Below, piece after piece: positions 1 through 8,133 of a stretch of DNA of 33,025 bases. Under the pieces are notes generated by a model. That model did not search any database and was not told where the DNA came from. It saw nothing but the letters and a program-made list of their open reading frames with translations. Each line of letters starts with the position of its first letter. The first letter of the stretch is position 1. The stretch is taken from NCBI GenBank assembly GCA_030740155.1, contig JASLXV010000001.1, forward strand, positions 1-33,025, given 5' to 3'. A program made the translations under genes and the position numbers. Origin of the DNA: Dehalococcoidia bacterium (GTDB lineage Bacteria > Chloroflexota > Dehalococcoidia > Lucifugimonadales > UBA3495).

Positions 1-15
1 GACACATTTGCTCCT
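1..15 (-). CDS. 5' end of a minus-strand gene running off the window (SD plus start only)
   Basis: Minus strand reads AAAGGAG-CAA-ATG-TGT or AAAGGAG-CAAAT-GTG-TC at the window edge. Product unknown. Confidence 0.3.
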
Positions 16-340
16 TTCTGGAAGTAATGTACCTTCACTCCAGGAGCTCACGCCACTTCCACTTTCTCGGGTTTTCTTACACCCCAATGTGTCCCATTAT
101 CGCTGACGGTCTACAGTCTAGCATAAGGGTTTCCTATTGGAATCAAGCCGCGTGTTGAATTCAAGCTGCCGGGCAGGCTGGTACGACAGGGAAGATTCGT
201 CGTGGATGACCCGGATGTGTAGCGGCGATCGAGCCGAGGTTGCCAGCGTAAGCGGCCAATGATAGCATTTTTATGTCCTTAATCGGCCATGTCGCGAAAA
301 GCGTCTGGTCTGAATCTAAATCAACATTCGGGAGGATGTT

Positions 341-652
341 ATGCGTTGCATACTCAAGGTTTCATTCCCGGTAGAGGCGGGTAACGCGGCGATTCGAGAC
401 GGCAGCCTGGGAAGGAAGATCTAGTCGATCTTCGAGGATGCCAAGCCAGAGGCGGCCTACTTCACCGCGGAAGGTGGGACCAGGGGAGCTACCATTGTGG
501 TAAACATAGACGATGCTTCGGAGATACCGGCATTGGCTGAACCGTGGTTCCTGGCGTTTAACGCAAAGGTGGAGGTTCTGCCCGCTATGATTCTCGAAGA
601 CCTGAAGAAGGGCGGTCCCGGCATCGAAAACGCCGTCAAGAAGTACGGTTAG
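341..652 (+). pseudogene. Small conserved hypothetical protein (~103 aa) with an in-frame TAG at 422-424
   Basis: SD GGAGG at 331-335, ATG at 341. Reads MRCILKVSFPVEAGNAAIRDGSLGRKI*SIFEDAKPEAAYF...IPALAEPWFLAFNAKVEVLPAM...AVKKYG*. Resembles a widespread small-protein family (KPEAAYF / AEPWFLAFNA motifs, from recall). Not in the ORF track. Confidence 0.75.
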
Positions 653-662
653 GTGCCGTCGT

Positions 663-689
663 GTAGGGGCGCTGCATGCAGCGCCCCAC
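663..689. repeat. GTAG-type REP-like palindrome
   Basis: GTAG-GGGCGCTGCATGCAGCGCCCC-AC; similar to 20346-20375; followed by degenerate GCCCCAC-type tandem units to ~720. Confidence 0.7.
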
Positions 690-794
690 GGCCCCCCAGG
701 CGCCCCACAGCCCCCCACGGCGCGCACATGCCGCAACCCCCTCCCTGGCGGCGGCTTTCCGGCCAATGAGATCCCTAAGCCGGCTGATGCAGGC

Positions 795-1070
795 TCAGGG
801 CCCCGTTGATCCCGGCTCCGGGGGAACCTCTTCTAGGTCGAAGCGGAACTCCTCGATGACCGGGTTGGAAAGCAGCTTTTGGCACATATCGGCGACCGCG
901 TCGTGGGCTTGGGTCCGGTCTGGGCCGTCGACCCGGACCTCCAGGTACTTTCCCACCCGGACGTCGTTCACCGTGGCGAACCCCATGGTCTTCAAGCTCC
1001 CCAATACCGTCTGGCCCTGGGGGTCGTTAACCGCGGGCTTCAGCGTTACGTATATTCTAGCCAGATACAA
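795..1070 (-). CDS. purS: Phosphoribosylformylglycinamidine synthase subunit PurS
   Basis: VTLKPAVNDPQG, VRVGKYLE, MCQKLLSNPVIEEF motifs; TTG start after AAGGA. Confidence 0.95.
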   Translation of the reverse strand: MYLARIYVTLKPAVNDPQGQTVLGSLKTMGFATVNDVRVGKYLEVRVDGPDRTQAHDAVADMCQKLLSNPVIEEFRFDLEEVPPEPGSTGP

Positions 1071-1085
1071 TTCTCGTTCCTTGGG

Positions 1086-1733
1086 TTAGCAGGGGCCGAC
1101 CTCCGGTCCCAGATTCCCTGAATAGTCGAAGAACGCCTCGATGCGGTCGCGGTCGACGCCCTCCATGGTGTCGAGCACACCCCAGGTGGCCAGGGCCACC
1201 TGCCCCTCCGGTATCTGGTCGTAGAATCGGGTAATGCCCCATAGATTGGAGAGACCGATGCCGTCTATCACCTCGCTGAGCCGGTCGATCTCGTCCGCAT
1301 CGGTCAGGTTGTAGCTGACGATGATGTTGCCGTGCTCGAGGTTGTGGACAATCTGCTCGTCGGGCATCCCTCCGGGGTAGAACCCGCAGCTTGCCGGGAT
1401 CGTCCAATGGTCGCCCGAAGTTGGCGGGGTGGTATTGTATTTGACGGTCTCGCCGACTGACAGGTGATTGGCGGTAGGCATGATGTCTTGGAGCGCCCCA
1501 ACACCCTCAACGTACCCCTGCCGGTCTCCGGTGTTCGCGCCACTGTGCCCGCCTCCGCCCAATCCACCCACGGCGAAGCTGCCTATTACCAGGATGGCTA
1601 TAACGGCCGATGCCACCAGGTATATCTTGTTGGTCTTCCGCTTTCTGGGCCGGTAGATCGGCCGGGCCCCAGAGGACCTGGCCCCCCTGGGCGTGCCCTG
1701 GCCCCGGCCGCGGCGGCGTTTCGATTCAGGCAA
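1086..1733 (-). CDS. DUF3105-type membrane-anchored protein
   Basis: Basic N-terminus, one TM helix, YNTTPPTSGDHW, VHNLEHG and ALATWG motifs. Confidence 0.85.
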   Translation of the reverse strand: MPESKRRRGRGQGTPRGARSSGARPIYRPRKRKTNKIYLVASAVIAILVIGSFAVGGLGGGGHSGANTGDRQGYVEGVGALQDIMPTANHLSVGETVKYNTTPPTSGDHWTIPASCGFYPGGMPDEQIVHNLEHGNIIVSYNLTDADEIDRLSEVIDGIGLSNLWGITRFYDQIPEGQVALATWGVLDTMEGVDRDRIEAFFDYSGNLGPEVGPC

Positions 1734-1747
1734 CTGTTTCCCTCCGG

Positions 1748-2641
1748 TTAAAGAAGACGCTCTCCGGTGATCCGGTAATAGGCTTCAAGGTAGCGTTCCG
1801 AGGTCTTGGCCACCACGTCGTCGGGCAGCTGGGGCGCCGGTGGTTCCCGGTTCCAGCCCTGGGCCGTCAGGTGGTCGCGGACGAACTGCTTGTCGAAGTT
1901 GGGTTGAGAGCGGCCGGGCTGGTAGCCTTCCAGGTCCCAGAACCGGCTGGAATCAGGGGTAAGCAACTCGTCGATGAGGATCAGCCGGTCGTTGATCAGG
2001 CCGAACTCCATCTTGGTATCGGCCAGGATAATACCCCGTTCCAGAGCGTAGTCGCGGGCGAACTCGTAGACGGAGATGCTCACCTTGGCAAGCTGTTGGG
2101 CCCGATCCAAGCCCACCATCTCCACGACCTCCTCGTCGGACATGTTCTGGTCGTGGCCCTCCTCGGCTTTGGTGGTGGGGGTGAAGATGGGTTCGGGGAA
2201 GGCCTGGCCCTCCAGGAGCCCGGCCGGCATCGGTTTTCCGGAGACGGTCCCCTGCCGGAGATACTCCTCCCACGCCGAGCCGGTGATGTAACCGCGCACG
2301 ATGCACTCGATGTCGATGCGTTGGGCCCGCATCACCACCATTGCCTGGCGGGCAACCTCCGGCGGCAGGGCGTCCAGCGCGCCGCCGACCATGGCCGCGG
2401 CCTGGGGAGCGTCGGCCAGGGTGATGAGATGGTTGGGCACAATATACCGGGTCTTGGCGAACCAGAAGGCGGACATGTGGTTCAGGACCAAGCCCTTATT
2501 GGGAATGCCGTTGGGAAGGACAACATCGAAGGCGGAGAGCCGATCGGTGGCCACCATCAACAGCAGATCTTCGCCGAGGAGGTGGGTATCCCGTACCTTT
2601 CCCCGGTGGAGAAGATCGGGCAAGTCGGTTTCCATTAGCAT
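1748..2641 (-). CDS. purC: SAICAR synthetase
   Basis: HRGKVRD, TDRLSAFD, ECIVRGYITGS, ADTKMEFG, DELLTPDSSRFW, FDKQFVRD. Start moved to ATG 2641 (AGGA 7 nt upstream). Confidence 0.95.
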   Translation of the reverse strand: MLMETDLPDLLHRGKVRDTHLLGEDLLLMVATDRLSAFDVVLPNGIPNKGLVLNHMSAFWFAKTRYIVPNHLITLADAPQAAAMVGGALDALPPEVARQAMVVMRAQRIDIECIVRGYITGSAWEEYLRQGTVSGKPMPAGLLEGQAFPEPIFTPTTKAEEGHDQNMSDEEVVEMVGLDRAQQLAKVSISVYEFARDYALERGIILADTKMEFGLINDRLILIDELLTPDSSRFWDLEGYQPGRSQPNFDKQFVRDHLTAQGWNREPPAPQLPDDVVAKTSERYLEAYYRITGERLL

Positions 2642-2946
2642 TTGGTGATCCTGTCCGGTTGCGAGTCGGTTTCGAATCTCGCCAACGCCTCTTCGAGTCC
2701 GCCGCGGGCGGAGCAAGAATCTGGGGCATTGGCTGGTGTCTTTCCCGGGGCCGTTGGCCTAGCGTCTCGCCCCCGGTACGCCGTCTGCCGGTTTCTCAGT
2801 TCGACAAGTCACCGGCACACCGGTCAACCATCGTTCCAAGGCGACGGTGCCCGGCCCGCTAATACTATACGATATACCGTGGGGATTGGGTAGGGCATTT
2901 GGGGCATATACTGGGGCCCGCTGCTGGGAACCCGGCACGCAGCCCG

Positions 2947-4257
2947 TCACGCGGAGCCCTCGGCGGGCAAGAACCCGATGCGTTGAAAAGTGTGGTCCAC
3001 GTAGCGGGTGTAGTAGCGGTAGTCAAATACCTCGTCCAGCTCCTCCGCGGAAAGGCTTGCCAGCGCTTCCCCATCTGATTTGATCAGATCGCGGAAGTCC
3101 TCGTTCCGGTCCCAACTCCGGGCAGTGTTCCGCTGTACGATCTTGTAGGCGTCCTCACGGGCCAGCCCCTTGTCCACCAGGGCTAGCAGCACCCGTTGGC
3201 TGAAGATGAGGCCCCGGCTGCTTTCCACGTTGGTCCACATTCGGTCGGGAAAGACCTGGAGGTCCCGGATGACCCGGCTGAAGATGCTCAGGATGTAGTC
3301 CAGAGCCAGGCACGAGTCCGGCAAGATGATCCGCTCGGCGGAGGAATGGCTGATATCCCGTTCCCCCCAGAGGGCCACATTCTCCAGCGCGGTGATGCTG
3401 TTTCCCCGAATCAGCCGGGCCAGGCCGCAGATGCGCTCGGCCAGCTCGGGGTTGCGCTTGTGGGGCATGGAGGATGAGCCGGTCTGCCCGTGGCCGAAAG
3501 GCTCTTCCAACTCGTGTAACTCGGTTCGCTGCATGGCGCGGATTTCGGTGGCGAACTTCTCCAGCGAAGCGGCGATGAGGGCCATCGTGAGCATGAAGTG
3601 GGCGTAGCGGTCTCGCTGGATTACCTGGTTGGACACCAGGGCCACCTGAAGGCCCAACCGCTGGCAAACCCGGTCCTCTATCGAGGGCGGTACCGTGGCA
3701 TGGGTGCCTACCGCGCCGGAGATTTTGCCGACCCGGACGCTTTCCAGGGCCTCGACCAGCCTGGCTCGCTGACGGCGCAGCTCCTCCCACCACAGCGCCA
3801 TCTTCAGCCCAAAGGTGATGGGCTCGGCGTGGATCCCGTGGGTGCGCCCCATCATCATTGTGTCCTTGTGCTGCAGGGCCTGGCCGCGGAGGGCCTGCAG
3901 GGCCTCGTCCAGGTCGCCGAGCAGCAGCGCTCCGGCCTCCCCCATCTGGAGCCCTTGGGCGGTGTCCAGCATGTCGGAAGAGGTGAGCCCCAGGTGCAAC
4001 CAGCGTCCTTCGGGCCCGATACCCTCGGTGATGGAGGTGAGGAAGGCCGTCACGTCGTGGCGGGTGGTCTCGAAGATCTCCATCATGCGCTCGTGGTGGT
4101 ACTCGGCTTGCCGCAGCCGGGCCATGTCCTCAACGGGGATCACCCCTTCTTCGGTCCAGGCCTCGCAGACGGCCAGCTCCACCTGGAGCCACTTGCGGTA
4201 CTTGTTCTCGTCGGCCCATACCCGCTTCATGGCGGGCCGGGAATAGCGGTCGATCAA
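2947..4257 (-). CDS. purB: Adenylosuccinate lyase
   Basis: MIDRYSRP start (TTG, GGGAG SD, TTGA overlap with upstream stop), HLGLTSSD, GRTHGIHAEP, GSSSMPHKRNP. Confidence 0.97.
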   Translation of the reverse strand: MIDRYSRPAMKRVWADENKYRKWLQVELAVCEAWTEEGVIPVEDMARLRQAEYHHERMMEIFETTRHDVTAFLTSITEGIGPEGRWLHLGLTSSDMLDTAQGLQMGEAGALLLGDLDEALQALRGQALQHKDTMMMGRTHGIHAEPITFGLKMALWWEELRRQRARLVEALESVRVGKISGAVGTHATVPPSIEDRVCQRLGLQVALVSNQVIQRDRYAHFMLTMALIAASLEKFATEIRAMQRTELHELEEPFGHGQTGSSSMPHKRNPELAERICGLARLIRGNSITALENVALWGERDISHSSAERIILPDSCLALDYILSIFSRVIRDLQVFPDRMWTNVESSRGLIFSQRVLLALVDKGLAREDAYKIVQRNTARSWDRNEDFRDLIKSDGEALASLSAEELDEVFDYRYYTRYVDHTFQRIGFLPAEGSA

Positions 4258-5015
4258 GGCTGTGACTCCCCCCGGTTGCCCGAGCTGCCGGCCGGTCCGT
4301 CTCCGGGAGCCGCCGGCGCACCGGGCCGATGTCCGTTGCCGACGTACTCCTCGAGGGCTTGGAGGACGACGGAAAAGTCGGTGAAAGGCTGGAAGGGGAT
4401 TCCCTGGCGGACGCACTCCTCGGCCAGGGTACGGTGGGCGAAGAGCACATCGGTCCGGCCCGCCGCTTCAAAATCGGAGATGCCGTCGCCGACGTAGAAG
4501 ACGTAATGCCCGCTCTCGCGGTACCGGTCCACCACCAGGCCCTTGGAGTTGCCCCTCGCTTCTTGTCCCGGCCTGGTGTGGCGATACTCGTAGGTGATGC
4601 CCCGCGGGGTGAACCGGGTGTTGACTGAGTACACCGGTATCTGGGGAAACCCCTCCCCGTCCAGCAGGGCCCGGATGTAGAAATCCAGGCCCTGGCTGAC
4701 GATGGCCATCGGTATGTCGTGGGCCAGGCAGTACTCCCGAAGCTCCTTGAAATAGGGCCGCAGGTTGGCGTGAGACTTTACATAATCTTGCATCGTGACC
4801 TGGTCCGCCAGGATGTCGCGGAAGGTGATCTCCTGGTACTCCTTGAGGTTTATCTCGCCGGCGCGGAACCGGAGCCGAACGTCCGGCCAGGTGGAGTCGC
4901 CGAAACGTTTCAAAAGCAACTCGGCCACGTTCTGCTCGGCAGCCGTGTCGTCGAAGTCGATGAGCACCGCGGGGAGCAGGTTAGCGCTCCCGGAGTTCTC
5001 GCCGGTAGTCTTCAT
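4254..5015 (-). CDS. MtnX-like HAD-IB family phosphatase
   Basis: DFDDT motif I, IVSQG motif II, K, YVGDGISDFEAA motif IV. Confidence 0.85.
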   Translation of the reverse strand: MKTTGENSGSANLLPAVLIDFDDTAAEQNVAELLLKRFGDSTWPDVRLRFRAGEINLKEYQEITFRDILADQVTMQDYVKSHANLRPYFKELREYCLAHDIPMAIVSQGLDFYIRALLDGEGFPQIPVYSVNTRFTPRGITYEYRHTRPGQEARGNSKGLVVDRYRESGHYVFYVGDGISDFEAAGRTDVLFAHRTLAEECVRQGIPFQPFTDFSVVLQALEEYVGNGHRPGAPAAPGDGPAGSSGNRGESQP

Positions 5016-5439
5016 ACGCTTGCCTTATATCATCATTATTGAGACCCAGGATTTCCGCGGCGAAATAGGCGGCGTTCCGGGCGCCCCACGATCCCACCGC
5101 CATGCAGGCAACGGGAATCCCCGGCGGCATCTGGGCCGTGGCCAGCAGGGCGTCCCAGCCCTTCATCTCGCTGGAGGCCAGGGGCACGCCGATCACCGGA
5201 AGGGTGGTCCAGGATGCCAGGGCGCCACCCAAGGCCGCCGAGCCACCGGCGGCGGCGATGAGCACCTGGATACCGCGGCCACGGGCTCCCTCGGCGTACT
5301 CCCGCACCCGCTCCGGTGTCCGGTGGGCCGACAGCACGCGGACTTCATAGTCGATCTTCAATTGCTCCAAGGTGTTGATCGTCTCCTGAACCACCGGCTC
5401 GTCGGAGGCGCTCCCCATTACCACGCCTACTAGGGGCAC
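4981..5439 (-). CDS. purE: N5-CAIR mutase / AIR carboxylase PurE
   Basis: VMGSASD, SAHRTPE, LPVIGVP, QMPPGIPVA, GARNAA; GTG start with GGAGG SD. Confidence 0.95.
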   Translation of the reverse strand: MPLVGVVMGSASDEPVVQETINTLEQLKIDYEVRVLSAHRTPERVREYAEGARGRGIQVLIAAAGGSAALGGALASWTTLPVIGVPLASSEMKGWDALLATAQMPPGIPVACMAVGSWGARNAAYFAAEILGLNNDDIRQAYEDYRRELRER

Positions 5440-5465
5440 GACAAAATCCCTCCAGGGTTCATTCC

Positions 5466-5933
5466 CTAAAGTTCCAGCTCGTCTCGGAATGCCTCGACCA
5501 ATGCTTGCTCCAAGGCCTCTCGCTCGGAACGGATATCCACGCCATTGACCTGAACGGAGGGTCCCCCCTCGGCCGATATTACATCGACCACTATCTCCCG
5601 CTCACCCCGTTCTTCCCAGGACAGGATGGTGGTGATGGCGTCGTCCTCGTCCTCATCTTCGTCGTCGACAATGTCCAGGCCGTCGTAATCCTCCTCCAGG
5701 TCACCCTCATTGACTTCCCACGAGACGATCGTTTCCAAGTCTGCCTTGCCCTCCAACAGGGTGGCGTTCATCTCGGACAGCATCTCGGAAATCCCCAAGG
5801 ACCCGGCCAGACCGGACAGCTCCTTGCGCGCCTGTTGTAGCTGGACTTCCTCCGTGGCAGCCTGCTGCCGCCGTTCGGCCCTGACCTCCGCCAGTTCCTC
5901 CCGGAGATCCCTGAGCGTATCTTTCCACGCCAT
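5466..5933 (-). CDS. Hypothetical acidic protein with N-terminal coiled coil
   Basis: GGAGG SD, ATG, 155 aa, host-like codon usage, inside pur cluster; D/E-rich central tract. Confidence 0.8.
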   Translation of the reverse strand: MAWKDTLRDLREELAEVRAERRQQAATEEVQLQQARKELSGLAGSLGISEMLSEMNATLLEGKADLETIVSWEVNEGDLEEDYDGLDIVDDEDEDEDDAITTILSWEERGEREIVVDVISAEGGPSVQVNGVDIRSEREALEQALVEAFRDELEL

Positions 5934-6100
5934 GAACTGCCTCCCAGCCGGTCCGCGGGTAGCCGCGCCGCCGGCGATTACTTACGATTCAAATTTTCCG
6001 GTGCCGAGGCCCCGGAGACCTTACAGGAACTGGGTCCTGTTGGTTTCCCGAGTGATCTCCGCCCGCCGCGCGGCAACTATTGAGCATGATACCAAAACCG

Positions 6101-6697
6101 TCAACCGGCGGGCTTTCTGCCGGCTCTGGCTATAGTGTACGTAAACTCGTCCACCGCTCGGAAATCGCCCAGAGCGAGGTGCCGCCGCACTTGGGCGAGG
6201 GTCTCCAGCAGGTCCAGGTAACGAACTCCCAAGGGACCACTCTTCAAGCGCATGGGATACATCCCCAGCTTTCGCAACGCCCTTTCTGTCTGGGAATTCC
6301 ACACGGCGAATACCCAGGGGTCCTTGAGACACATGAGGTAGGACACGAACTCTTTCCCCGCGCCGGCCAGCTTGTAGGCTCCACTTTCGGCCGCGCACTC
6401 CGTAAAGCGGCCCTCCAGCATGACCATATCGTAGAGCAGGAAATCCAGCGAGTCCCGGACTTCCTCGATGGAGTTGCCCTTGAATTCGGCGCGCCGGTTG
6501 CCCCCCGACGCGGCGTACAGCGAGAGTGCCTGATCCATCGAAAGGGTGGGCAACGTTGCCTCGGAGAGCCACCCGGCGAATTCCTCCGACCTCAGCCAAC
6601 GCCGCCGGCGGTAACCTAGCAGCTTGCCCTGGGCCTCGGCTTCCTGGCAAGCTACCCGCAACGCTAGCCACTCGGCGCTATCTGGCCTGGAGTCCAC
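6101..6697 (-). CDS. Hypothetical protein, possible HhH-like helical nucleic-acid-binding fold
   Basis: GGGGAGG SD plus GTG overlapping the purD end; KLAGAGKEFVSYLMCLKDPWVFAVWN...ALRKLG...DFRAVDEF pattern. Confidence 0.75.
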   Translation of the reverse strand: MDSRPDSAEWLALRVACQEAEAQGKLLGYRRRRWLRSEEFAGWLSEATLPTLSMDQALSLYAASGGNRRAEFKGNSIEEVRDSLDFLLYDMVMLEGRFTECAAESGAYKLAGAGKEFVSYLMCLKDPWVFAVWNSQTERALRKLGMYPMRLKSGPLGVRYLDLLETLAQVRRHLALGDFRAVDEFTYTIARAGRKPAG

Positions 6698-7977
6698 GCC
6701 CTCCCCTTCTGTTCCAACGCGGCGATGTCGGTGCGGTATTGGGCCCCTTGGAAGCGGATTTCGCGCACTCTATCATACGCCCTGGCCCGCGCCTCCGCCA
6801 GAGAACCGCCGCGGCCGACCACGGTCAGCACGCGGCCGCCGCTGGTGACCAGCCGTCCGGGCGCCCCGTCCGGCGCCTGCCGGGTGGCCGCGTGGAAGAT
6901 CATGGTATTCCGGTCTTCGCCATCAAGCCCGTCGATTTCGAAACCGGTTTCGTAGCTAGCCGGATAGCCGCCGGAGGCCAGGACCACGCCCACGTAGCAG
7001 TTGGTTTCCCAGGTGACCGGGACCCGGTCCAGGCGCCCTTCCACGCAGGCGGACATCACTTCCAGCGGGTCGGTGGCCAGTTGGGGCAGCACCACCTGGG
7101 TCTCCGGGTCACCCAACCGGCAGTTGAACTCCAACACCTTGGGCCCCGTGGCGGTTAACATAATTCCGGCGTAGAGCACGCCCGTGTAGGGGGCGCCCTG
7201 CCGGGACATGGTCTCGATGACCGGCCTCATGACGGTGCGGGCAATCTCCTCGGCCATCTCATCGTTCCAGAAGTCCGGCGGGGTGAAGCTCCCCATTCCG
7301 CCGGTGTTGGGGCCTTGATCCCCGTCCCCCAGCCGCTTGTAGTCGCAGGCCGCGGCCAGGGAGGAAAGGTGTTTCCCGTCGCAGAAGGCGAAGACGCTGA
7401 CCTCGGGCCCGGTCAGCATCTCTTGAATGACCACGGTTTCTCCGGCGGTCCCGAAAATCCGGCCGCTCATGCAGGCCCGCACCGCGGCGGCGGCCTCATC
7501 CGCGTTGGCGCACAGGCAAACCCCCTTTCCCGCGGCCAGACCGTCGGCTTTGACCACCACCGGCCCAGGGTGGCTTTCCAGGTAGTCCAGCGCCTCCCGC
7601 TGTTCTCGAAACACCTGGAAATCGGGGCTCGGCACCCCGGCCTCTCGCATGACCTCCAGGGCAAAGCCCTTGCTCGCTTCAAGCTGAGAAGCGGCCCTCG
7701 TGGGACCGAAGGCGGGAATTCCCAGGGCGCTCAGCCGGTCAACGACGCCGAGGGCCAACGGCTGCTCCGGGCCGACCACCACCAAGTCGATGCCGATGGA
7801 TTTAGCGGTCTCGACGATGCCGTCGACATCGTCCGGCTTGACCGGCAGGTTGGTGGCGATTGACGCCGTGCCGGCGTTCCCGTCGGCCACCCAGAGGCCA
7901 GTCAGGCGCGGGCTCTGCTTCAGCCGCCAGGCCAAGGCGTGTTCGCGGGCCCCGGAGCCGACTACGAGGACTTTCAT
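6664..7977 (-). CDS. purD: Phosphoribosylamine--glycine ligase
   Basis: MKVLVVGSGAREHALAW, VVGPE, KADGLAAGKGV, DYKR, GPNTGGMG, EFNCRLGDPETQ, TSGGRVL. Confidence 0.98.
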   Translation of the reverse strand: MKVLVVGSGAREHALAWRLKQSPRLTGLWVADGNAGTASIATNLPVKPDDVDGIVETAKSIGIDLVVVGPEQPLALGVVDRLSALGIPAFGPTRAASQLEASKGFALEVMREAGVPSPDFQVFREQREALDYLESHPGPVVVKADGLAAGKGVCLCANADEAAAAVRACMSGRIFGTAGETVVIQEMLTGPEVSVFAFCDGKHLSSLAAACDYKRLGDGDQGPNTGGMGSFTPPDFWNDEMAEEIARTVMRPVIETMSRQGAPYTGVLYAGIMLTATGPKVLEFNCRLGDPETQVVLPQLATDPLEVMSACVEGRLDRVPVTWETNCYVGVVLASGGYPASYETGFEIDGLDGEDRNTMIFHAATRQAPDGAPGRLVTSGGRVLTVVGRGGSLAEARARAYDRVREIRFQGAQYRTDIAALEQKGRAWTPGQIAPSG

Positions 7978-8047
7978 GAATGAAGCAATTCGTTCATTGG
8001 GTTTGCTGCTGGCGCCATACCAATTCGCTCACGAGCCGCCGCGGTGG

Positions 8048-8101
8048 TTCGACAAGCTCACCGCGAGGGGAAATTCGCCGGCCCGTCCCGAGCCTGTCGA
8101 A
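8048..8101. repeat. REP-like inverted repeat (TTCGACAAGCTC ... GAGCCTGTCGAA)
   Basis: 12-bp arms with one mismatch in the guaA-purD spacer. Confidence 0.6.
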
Positions 8102-8133
8102 GGACGGCGGCGGTTTAAAGGGCAAAGGGCCCG

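Noticed and set aside
271..281. Other TTATGT hexamers (271+, 21558-, 24477-, 25733+)
   Set aside because: They lack the following [ACT]A bases; two coincide with a stop or start codon. Not counted in the polar array.
422..424. Genome-wide TAG reassignment
   Set aside because: TAG terminates several conserved genes normally (guaA, tsaC, hflX, purD).
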